A stretch of 33,027 nt of DNA from Candidatus Berkelbacteria bacterium. Lineage in GTDB: Bacteria; Patescibacteriota; UBA1384; JAPLVJ01. Below the pieces are notes generated by a model. It did no database searches, was not told the origin of the DNA, and was given only the letters and a program-made list of their open reading frames with translations. Shown piece by piece: positions 25,949-33,027 of the stretch. Numbering within the stretch: the stretch's first letter is position 1; each line of letters opens with the position of its first letter. The DNA lies in contig JAPLVJ010000041.1 of the NCBI GenBank assembly GCA_026397155.1, positions 1 through 33,027 of the forward strand. The letters are read 5' to 3'. The position numbers and the translations under genes were made by a program.

Positions 25949-28504
25949 ATGAAACTATCAAAAACATACGATCCTTCTAAGGTAGAGGGTAAAATTTATC
26001 GCTTTTGGGAAAAGAAAAAATGCTTTAAACCCGAACTAAAACCCAAAGCAAAACCTTACTGCATTATTATGCCGCCGCCAAATGCCAATGCCCCGATGCA
26101 TTTAGGCCACGCTGTTTTTGTTACTTTGGAAGATTTAATGATTCGATATAAACGCATGAAAGGCATGGCTGCCTTATGGCTACCTGGTGCAGATCATGCT
26201 GGATTTGAAACCCAGGTTGTTTTTGAAAAAAAACTGGAAAAACAAGGCAGAAACCGCTTTGAAATCCCGCGTGAAATACTTTTTAGAGAAATGTGGGATT
26301 TTACTCAAGAAAATAAAAAAACAACAGAAAACCAACTTAAAAAACTCGGCGCTAGCTGCGACTGGGATAGGGAAAAATTTACACTTGATCCAGATATTAT
26401 TAAAATTGTCTACCGCACTTTCAAAAAGCTGTATGATGATGGGCTAATTTATAGGCAATATAGACCAGTAAACTGGTGTCCAAAACACAAAACCGCCCTT
26501 TCTGATCTAGAAACAAAATATATTGAAAAAAATGATCCTCTTTATTACATCAAATATGGACCCTTGACCCTAGCTACTGTTAGACCAGAAACTAAATTTG
26601 GTGATACAGCCGTAGCTGTCAATCCAAAAGACAAACGTTATCAAAAATATATTAAAAAAGAAATTAAGGCAAAAGGAATTTTGGGACCACTAAAATTTAA
26701 AGTCATTGCTGATGAAGCTGTTGATCCAAAGTTTGGCACTGGTGTTGTCAAAGTAACCCCAGCTCATGATCCAATTGACTTTGAAATTTGGCAAAGACAC
26801 GAAAAAGAAATCCCTGGTCCTTGTATTGTGATTAATGAAAGTGGTCGGCTGACAAAAGAAACAGGGAAATTTGCTGGACTAAAAGTACTAGAGGCGCGCG
26901 AAAAAGTGGTTGAAGAAATGAAGAAAATTGGCATTTTAGAAAAAATAGATTCAAGTTACAAACACACAATCGCCACCTGCTACAAATGCGGAAACACGGT
27001 TGAACCACTACCAAAAGAGCAGTGGTTTGTTGCTGTTAATAAAAAAGGTAAATCTGGTAAAGCGCTTGCTCCGGACGCCTTAAAAGCAGTCAAAGAGAAA
27101 AAGGTTCAATTTGTGACCAAGCGATTTGAAAAAATATTTAACCACTGGATGCAAAATATTCGCGACTGGAATATTTCACGCCAAATTGTTTGGGGAATCA
27201 GAATACCAGTTTGGTACTGCCAAAATACAAAGCCATTTGAAGATAAAAAAATGGGCTTTGCTGGCAATATTGTTCCCCAGGTATTTAAAAATAAAACAAA
27301 AACCTATCGCCTACGGGATCACTGCTTTAAGGTTAGCGATAAAGTTGCCTTTGAAAATAGTCAAAAAGGAGAAATTTTCGGCTACGGAACCATCATTGAA
27401 ATTAAAAAAACAACAGTCGAAAAAGTTGACCTCAAAGATCCAAAACATGGAACAACATACAAAAAATTGGATGAACTAATTTTAGCTTTCAAGAAACATC
27501 ATCCTGACAAAAAAGTAACTCCTAAAACATTGGTTTGGATTTATATCTATAAATTTGAGGAAAAGAAAAAGTGCAGTCCCTTGATTACACTAGGTCAAAA
27601 GCCAGCTCAATGTCCGATCTGTGGCGACAAAAATTTATCCCAAGACCCAGATGTCTTTGATACTTGGTTTTCTTCTGGGCAGTGGCCGTTTGCAACCTTA
27701 CAAACAACAAAACCAGGCGATTTTGAAAAATTTTATCCAACAGAAATAATGGAAACTGGCTGGGATATTCTTTTCTTTTGGGTGGCTAGAATGATCATGC
27801 TTGGACTTTATGAAACTGGGAAAGTGCCTTTCAAAAAGGTTTATTTACATGGCTTGGTCCGCGACAAAGATCGCCAAAAAATGAGTAAATCAAAAGGAAA
27901 TGTGATCGATCCCTTGGGCGTTGCCGAACAATACGGAACTGATGCTATTAGAATGGCTCTAGTTTTTGGAACAAACGCTGGAAACGATATTATTATTTCG
28001 GAAGAAAAAATCCGCGGCATGAGAAATTTCGCTAACAAAGTTTGGAATGTGGCAAGATTTGTTTTAATGCAAACTGAAATTGTGGCAAGCTCGGAAGCTC
28101 AAAGTGGGTCGCAAGCGCATTGGAAGGCCGAAGGCCGCACCAATAAAGCGCACATCTTTGAGCGACAAGCGAGCCCAAAAACCATCGCCGACCGAAAAAT
28201 CTTGCAAAAACTCGATAGTCTTATTGCTAAAATTGATAAAGATTTGAACAATTTCCGTTTTGGTCAGGCCGCCAGTGATCTTTACGATTTTATCTGGCAC
28301 GATTTTGCCGATAAGTATATTGAAGAATCAAAAAATCAACTCCAAGACGAAAAAACCAAACAAAACACCCAAGAAACCCTACTCTACACACTTAAAACAA
28401 GTCTCAAATTGCTTCACCCGTTTATGCCCTACGTAACCGAAGAAATTTGGGGAAGGTTACCCGGCTACAAAAAACCTCTAATTGTTTCCGACTGGCCCAA
28501 ATGA
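25949..28504 (+). CDS. valS: valine--tRNA ligase with an internal ASCH-like insertion, a 31-aa element insertion, and no C-terminal coiled-coil domain
   Basis: 851 aa. The HIGH-type motif (PNANAPMHLGHA) and KMSKS (QKMSKSKGN) are present. Editing-domain motifs TKFGDTAVAVNP and GTGVVKVTPAHDP are present. The protein ends right after ...EEIWGRLP...WPK. Confidence 0.93.
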   Translation: MKLSKTYDPSKVEGKIYRFWEKKKCFKPELKPKAKPYCIIMPPPNANAPMHLGHAVFVTLEDLMIRYKRMKGMAALWLPGADHAGFETQVVFEKKLEKQGRNRFEIPREILFREMWDFTQENKKTTENQLKKLGASCDWDREKFTLDPDIIKIVYRTFKKLYDDGLIYRQYRPVNWCPKHKTALSDLETKYIEKNDPLYYIKYGPLTLATVRPETKFGDTAVAVNPKDKRYQKYIKKEIKAKGILGPLKFKVIADEAVDPKFGTGVVKVTPAHDPIDFEIWQRHEKEIPGPCIVINESGRLTKETGKFAGLKVLEAREKVVEEMKKIGILEKIDSSYKHTIATCYKCGNTVEPLPKEQWFVAVNKKGKSGKALAPDALKAVKEKKVQFVTKRFEKIFNHWMQNIRDWNISRQIVWGIRIPVWYCQNTKPFEDKKMGFAGNIVPQVFKNKTKTYRLRDHCFKVSDKVAFENSQKGEIFGYGTIIEIKKTTVEKVDLKDPKHGTTYKKLDELILAFKKHHPDKKVTPKTLVWIYIYKFEEKKKCSPLITLGQKPAQCPICGDKNLSQDPDVFDTWFSSGQWPFATLQTTKPGDFEKFYPTEIMETGWDILFFWVARMIMLGLYETGKVPFKKVYLHGLVRDKDRQKMSKSKGNVIDPLGVAEQYGTDAIRMALVFGTNAGNDIIISEEKIRGMRNFANKVWNVARFVLMQTEIVASSEAQSGSQAHWKAEGRTNKAHIFERQASPKTIADRKILQKLDSLIAKIDKDLNNFRFGQAASDLYDFIWHDFADKYIEESKNQLQDEKTKQNTQETLLYTLKTSLKLLHPFMPYVTEEIWGRLPGYKKPLIVSDWPK
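28083..28175 (+). repeat. 93-nt GC-rich palindromic element, copy 2 (in frame inside valS)
   Basis: It has the same orientation and codon phase as copy 1. The three differences are at element positions 5, 10 and 50. The apex change A to G converts GGC-CGAAA-GCC into GGCC-GAA-GGCC. Confidence 0.9.
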
Positions 28505-29412
28505 ATCCAAAACTTAAAAAATTAACAAAGTATTTTTTAATTTTTATTGCCATTATTTTTGGCCTTCTTTTAATTTGGTTTGCCTTAAAACCCTTGCGCA
28601 TAGCTAAAGCTGATGAGTATTTAAATTCCGGAACCTTAATCGGCTATCAAAAAGCTTCGGTTTTGACTCCTTTTTCTCCCTATGTTTATCTTAAGATTGG
28701 CCAAGTTTATGAAAACAATAACAATATTGAGCTAGCTGAAAAAGAATTCAAAAAAATCCTCTCTATCTGCCGCTTGTTTGCCTGGAAAAACAAGCAATTT
28801 GAGGTCTGTCCAGAATATAAGGAGGGGTATTTTAATTTAAAAAAGCTGGAACTAAAAAAAGCATTAAAAAATGGCGAGCTAGACAAAGCCGGTGCTTCTT
28901 TAGCTGAAAGTTTAGAACTAAATTCTAAAGACCCAGAAACTGTCTTCTATCATGGGGTCTTCTTGGTTATCCAAGATGATTTTAATGAAGCAAAAAAGAA
29001 TTTAGAAGATAAAAGCATTGATTTTAAAGCAATGAATGGCGAAATGAGCCAACAAAGACAAACTTTACTTTCAGTGTTGAAAAAAGATATTTCTTTAGAA
29101 AATCCCTACGCTTATGTTCTAGTGGGTGCAGGATTTTTGAAAATGGGCTATGGGGGTTTGGCCATAATAGAATTAAAAAAAGCAACAGAGCTCGACTCTG
29201 AATATCGCGATGCCTATATCTATTTAGGAAAAGCGTATTTACAACAATCAGACTTTAACAAAGCCGAGGAATCATTAAAAAAAGCAGCGGAAATCGACCC
29301 GATCAACGCCGAAACCTATCATTTACTCTCTAAAACTTACCAAAAGTTGAAAAATCAAGATAAAGCCGATAAAGCTCTTGTCAAAGCAAGAATGCTGGGG
29401 TGGAAGGAATAG
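28501..29412 (+). CDS. membrane-anchored TPR-repeat protein
   Basis: The track ORF starts at 28447 inside valS. ATG at 28501 (MNPKLKKLTKYFLIFIAIIFGLLLIWF...) overlaps the valS stop (ATGA) and is the likelier start. After the TM helix come TPR-like repeats (AYIYLGKAYLQQSDFNKAEESLKKAAEIDPINAETYHLLSKTY). Confidence 0.8.
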   Translation: MNPKLKKLTKYFLIFIAIIFGLLLIWFALKPLRIAKADEYLNSGTLIGYQKASVLTPFSPYVYLKIGQVYENNNNIELAEKEFKKILSICRLFAWKNKQFEVCPEYKEGYFNLKKLELKKALKNGELDKAGASLAESLELNSKDPETVFYHGVFLVIQDDFNEAKKNLEDKSIDFKAMNGEMSQQRQTLLSVLKKDISLENPYAYVLVGAGFLKMGYGGLAIIELKKATELDSEYRDAYIYLGKAYLQQSDFNKAEESLKKAAEIDPINAETYHLLSKTYQKLKNQDKADKALVKARMLGWKE

Positions 29413-29493
29413 GAACCAGCGTTCAGTGATTAGGGTTTAGGGTTAAGTCATCTCACTAACCGCTAAACGCTTTACCCTGATTCCTACAAATCA

Positions 29494-29502
29494 TGTTATA
29501 AT
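29494..29502 (+). promoter_or_regulatory. extended -10 element (TGTTATAAT) upstream of the 952-aa membrane protein gene
   Basis: TGnTATAAT matches at 29494-29502, 18 nt before the ATG at 29521. No good -35 element is present. Confidence 0.35.
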
Positions 29503-29520
29503 TAATTAAATGGGGCGTTA

Positions 29521-32379
29521 ATGAAAAAGTTATCCAAAATAATCATTTTTACTATTCTAGCCGTCTTTTTAGCTAGCTTTTTTGGTTTTTCAAATACTAA
29601 AGCAGATCTCCCGGGACCTGCGGGCGACCCAGACGCTCGCCCTTCTGATTGCCACACTCTAATACCCCTTGTCACTCAAACAGCAAACGAGAGTACTGTT
29701 CTTAGATGCGCTACATTTTCACCAGCTGGATATACTGTCAATCTTTGGTATGGGGATAAAGACAAAACTACAGGAAATGAAGCTTTTAATTTTGCGGGCA
29801 CTGCCGATTGGGGTGTCGCAGGCACAGGAGACATAGGAGACTATGTATACAGAAGCACAAAAAGACCTGAATTTTATATTGCAGTAGCACGCAAAGACCA
29901 ATTGGGTGTAGTACAAGCAATATATGTTACTCATCATTACAAAGTTGGTGAGAACTTAAGATGGGATGAAAATTCTGCAGACGATAGAATGTATTCTGTC
30001 TACAAAGTTGGAGATGACACACCCAATTTGCCTGATTATAGAAATGCTTTTGATAATGGCAAGCGCTTTGTTTGGAGAATAGTCGTTAATGGTAAAATCA
30101 CTTTAAACAACGAGATAGTAAAGGGAGCAATTGTAAAATTAAAGGTTGACAACTCCGCGGGTCCTGCATTAGACCAAGTCACAAGTAACGATGAGGGAGT
30201 ATTTGAATTTTCATATGTAGGAACAAACGAAGACATATGGATTAATCAGGGAACCGTCAGTAAAATATTCCTTTATGTACAAACGGAGAAAGATAATAAA
30301 TACCAGATTTATAAAGAAATAGCCTTTCCCCAAGGATTCGTACCGCACGGTGACCAGGATACAAAAATGGCAAATCTAGGAACTATTAATTTAACTACAG
30401 AGAACAAAGTCGATAATTTTACCGAGGAAGCCGGAGGAGAACAATCAACCACAGAAGAAGCAATCGGCGCTGATTCCGAATCCCAATGCGAAAAAGAAGC
30501 GTGCAGAGGTACCGGTGGGTGGCTAAGCATCAAAGGCGTATTCTGTAAATTAGGCTGTGCTATTGTTGGTTTAATCGGGGACTTTGTTAACTTTGCCATG
30601 AAACTACTGAATGAAGCCTCTGGTTTAACTCAAAACTTTTTCGGAGTTGAGCATGCCTACGCAAAACCCCTTTCAGAACAATTAAAGGCCCAACAAGTGG
30701 TCAACGGCTGGAAATTTGCTTTAACTTTTACTGATATTCTGATTGTTTTGGCATTAATGGTTCTTGCTTTTGCAAATATTTTAAAGATAAGCATTGACAC
30801 TTATGCCATCAAAAAGTCACTTTTTCCTTTAATTATCGGGGTCATTTTGGCAAATTTAAGTTTATTAATCTGCCAAGTAATTGTTGATTTTTCTTCTTTG
30901 CTTTCTGATTATTTTATCAAGATTGGCGGGAGCTGGTCGGCTACTGGTGGTGGACCAATGGCTGGATATGGTCCAGGGAATCTTGGGGATAAAATAGCCA
31001 GCTTGATGGGCATCAGCCCTGCTGCAACTGGTGGAGTAGCAATTGCAACAATTCTTGGTGCAATAATAACGGCGGCAATTGTTCCTCAGGCCGGTTGTAT
31101 TGTTGCCATTGCTGCAGTTGTTTTTTTGGCTTTGCCGGGTCTTTTAATTTTGGCCCTTGCCTTTTTGATGTATGCGCGGGTTTATGTTGTCTGGATATTA
31201 ACAATCATGGCACCGCTTGCTTTTATTTGTTTGGGCATCCCACCATTACAGCAATATTTTAAGCAATGGTGGTCGTGGTTTACTAAATGGGTCTTTTTAG
31301 CGCCGATTGCCTATTTCTTTATTAGTTTGGCGGCTGTTTTGGGTAGCGTAACTTGGGCCAGTAGCGACAATAAACTCTCTATATTTGGCGGCTGGCTTTT
31401 GGGTATGGTTGTTTTGGGAATGGCAATTATGATTCCTTTCAAAATGGGCGGACCGATCATGGCTGCATGGGCTGCCTGGGGCAAGAAAGGCGGAAAATTG
31501 ATTGGCGGTTTGGCTGACATTGGAATCTCAAAAGTAACCAAGGGGTGGTCTCCTTATGGAGTTTACACCGGAGTCAAGCAGGCTTATGAAGCTGGATGGA
31601 AACGACATACAACAGAAGTAACTGGTAAGGGACGAGCACTGGGAGAAACAATGACTGCACTACCCAGAACTGGTTGGCATAGAGCTAGACAAAAACTTAT
31701 GGGACTAAAAACTTCAGGAAGTCTTAGGGGTGTAGCCAAAGAACAAATGAAAAGTAGAGAATCTATAAATGCAGGCCAAGAAGTAGACAGAATTTTACAA
31801 GAAACACAAATACCATACGGCGGCACGGAGTTAAATAATTTTCTACAAAGCGCTATACAAAACAATGATATTGGTATGGCCGCACCAGCTATGGCTAGGG
31901 CTGCCGAAGAAGGAACATTGACTGACGAAAACTTTAGAGGTTTTGCTGCTACATTTAAAGGTGATTTAAAAGCTCAAGCAACGATAAATAAAGTAGAAAA
32001 TTTATCAGTCCAGTCAGGAAATGGCCCCTCTATTTCTCCGGTCAAAATCGAAAATGGACAACCAGAACCACTATCGGATGATGAAGTTAAAGATAAAAAT
32101 AGACTTCTACAAAAATCAATGTTTGGCAAAAATACTGCTCAACAACAACAGCTTATCAATAATATGATTGGCCGTATTAATTCAGATATAACCACTAGAA
32201 GCCCTGGGAAAGATATTACCAGTGCTAATTTTCTTCAGGACCTTACCCCGGGCGAAAAACAAATTATGCGATTTTTGCATCAGATTTATCAACATGAAGG
32301 AAATAAATCCGTCCTGCTTAAAAGTGTTTTAAACAGGATCCAACCCCACATGGACCGTCTAAATCAACCAACTCCTTGA
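29521..32379 (+). CDS. large secreted/polytopic membrane protein, possible TrbL/VirB6-like channel component
   Basis: 952 aa. After a signal peptide (IIFTILAVFLASFFGFSNTKA) comes an extracytoplasmic region of about 300 aa. That region includes a CarboxypepD_reg-like beta-sandwich stretch (GAIVKLKVDNSAGPALDQVTSNDEGVFEFSY). An acidic linker and a Cys-rich patch follow. Then come about 7 TM helices, including ARVYVVWILTIMAPLAFICLGIP. The soluble C-terminal region is about 330 aa. The family assignment is architecture-based only. Confidence 0.8.
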   Translation: MKKLSKIIIFTILAVFLASFFGFSNTKADLPGPAGDPDARPSDCHTLIPLVTQTANESTVLRCATFSPAGYTVNLWYGDKDKTTGNEAFNFAGTADWGVAGTGDIGDYVYRSTKRPEFYIAVARKDQLGVVQAIYVTHHYKVGENLRWDENSADDRMYSVYKVGDDTPNLPDYRNAFDNGKRFVWRIVVNGKITLNNEIVKGAIVKLKVDNSAGPALDQVTSNDEGVFEFSYVGTNEDIWINQGTVSKIFLYVQTEKDNKYQIYKEIAFPQGFVPHGDQDTKMANLGTINLTTENKVDNFTEEAGGEQSTTEEAIGADSESQCEKEACRGTGGWLSIKGVFCKLGCAIVGLIGDFVNFAMKLLNEASGLTQNFFGVEHAYAKPLSEQLKAQQVVNGWKFALTFTDILIVLALMVLAFANILKISIDTYAIKKSLFPLIIGVILANLSLLICQVIVDFSSLLSDYFIKIGGSWSATGGGPMAGYGPGNLGDKIASLMGISPAATGGVAIATILGAIITAAIVPQAGCIVAIAAVVFLALPGLLILALAFLMYARVYVVWILTIMAPLAFICLGIPPLQQYFKQWWSWFTKWVFLAPIAYFFISLAAVLGSVTWASSDNKLSIFGGWLLGMVVLGMAIMIPFKMGGPIMAAWAAWGKKGGKLIGGLADIGISKVTKGWSPYGVYTGVKQAYEAGWKRHTTEVTGKGRALGETMTALPRTGWHRARQKLMGLKTSGSLRGVAKEQMKSRESINAGQEVDRILQETQIPYGGTELNNFLQSAIQNNDIGMAAPAMARAAEEGTLTDENFRGFAATFKGDLKAQATINKVENLSVQSGNGPSISPVKIENGQPEPLSDDEVKDKNRLLQKSMFGKNTAQQQQLINNMIGRINSDITTRSPGKDITSANFLQDLTPGEKQIMRFLHQIYQHEGNKSVLLKSVLNRIQPHMDRLNQPTP

Positions 32380-32425
32380 CACTAACTCTATGATTCTAAT
32401 ACAATAAACTATTCTGGAGAAAATA

Positions 32426-32995
32426 ATGGAAACTGAAAAAAGAGAACAAGAACCCGGCCAGCTCGGCGCTGAAATAGAAAAAGAAATCAAAGCTCAATCA
32501 GTTTCTGAAAAAGATTCTAATTTTACTATTGAAACCAAAATCAAACGCGAACAATTAAAAAAAGAATATGAATCTGCTGATGCTGCTCGCAGAAGACAAA
32601 TCGCAGAAGAGCTAAAAAAATTAGAAAGCGAGCTCTCTTTAGAAGCGCGGGCAGAAAGATTAAAGGGTTTAAAGATTGAAGTTACAGGCTTTACCAAAGC
32701 TATTAAAGAAGCAGCAGAGGATCCAAACAAAAGAGAAAATGTTCCTTGGCTTGATGATGAAGAAATGGCTGTTTATTTAAAAAAATGCATCCCGGGGATA
32801 TTTCATGAATTTTTTGAAAAACATTGCAAATTTATTTATGATCCAACAGTAGAAAATGACACTGTTATGCCAAAAGCCAAGGGAGAAAAAATTATAATAA
32901 TAGCTAAAGCCACCGTCCTTACTACGAGAAGCACAGCGATAATCAAAAGTGTTACGGCGAAAATAAAACCGAAAATTACGGCGGCGATCAGATAA
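32426..32995 (+). CDS. hypothetical charged coiled-coil protein
   Basis: 189 aa with a GGAGA SD 7 nt upstream. The first 140 aa or so are K/E-rich and look coding. The last 45 codons or so overlap an equally plausible hydrophobic ORF on the opposite strand, so the 3' end is uncertain. Confidence 0.55.
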   Translation: METEKREQEPGQLGAEIEKEIKAQSVSEKDSNFTIETKIKREQLKKEYESADAARRRQIAEELKKLESELSLEARAERLKGLKIEVTGFTKAIKEAAEDPNKRENVPWLDDEEMAVYLKKCIPGIFHEFFEKHCKFIYDPTVENDTVMPKAKGEKIIIIAKATVLTTRSTAIIKSVTAKIKPKITAAIR

Positions 32996-33027
32996 GATGT
33001 ATCAGCCGACATCGAGGTAGGGAATAG

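Noticed and set aside
28607-28614. CTGATGAG (hammerhead ribozyme core word) in the TPR gene
   Set aside because: No adjoining helix II, GAAA box or helix III could be drawn. It is a chance octamer inside coding sequence.
1-33027. CRISPR arrays, transposases, integrases, toxin-antitoxin or known defence genes
   Set aside because: I looked for regularly spaced direct repeats and for the hallmark proteins in all listed ORFs and found none. The only dispersed repeats found are the short elements reported above.

Overview
This is an AT-rich (about mid-30s % G+C by eye), gene-dense bacterial chromosome segment. It uses the standard genetic code: TGA terminates lepB and valS. Nearly all content is core housekeeping. 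On the minus strand lie a partial membrane protein, a frameshifted amidohydrolase, tRNA-Ser(GGA), ppsA, recX, recA, a RodZ-like HTH protein, ftsK, rnj, pnp, rpsO, a DHH/NrnA phosphoesterase, two membrane or secreted hypotheticals, holA, polA, murE-like and femX-like. On the plus strand lie purN, rpsT, lepB, tsaD, valS, a TPR protein, a 952-aa polytopic membrane protein and a coiled-coil protein. Reduced domain architectures suggest a small-genome, CPR/Patescibacteria-like organism (inference only): PolA has no 3'-5' exonuclease domain, ValRS has no C-terminal coiled coil, and MurE has no N-terminal domain. I found no CRISPR array, transposase, integrase or recognisable defence system. Four things stand out. 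(1) A 93-nt GC-rich end-to-end palindromic element sits in frame, in the same phase and orientation, inside both tsaD and valS (90/93 identical). This resembles Rickettsia palindromic elements. (2) A roughly 0.8-kb island of about 60% G+C carries a lone canonical purN with its own SD and terminator, between ftsK and rnj. (3) An ASCH/YqfB-like domain of about 100 aa is inserted in ValRS. (4) A TrbL/VirB6-like giant membrane protein module lies at the right end. Smaller recurrent oddities are noted separately: heptamer tandem repeats inside ppsA and femX, GNRA-capped mini-hairpins in tsaD, and GGTTAAG-rich structured spacers. All family calls come from reading motifs in the supplied translations; no database search was possible.
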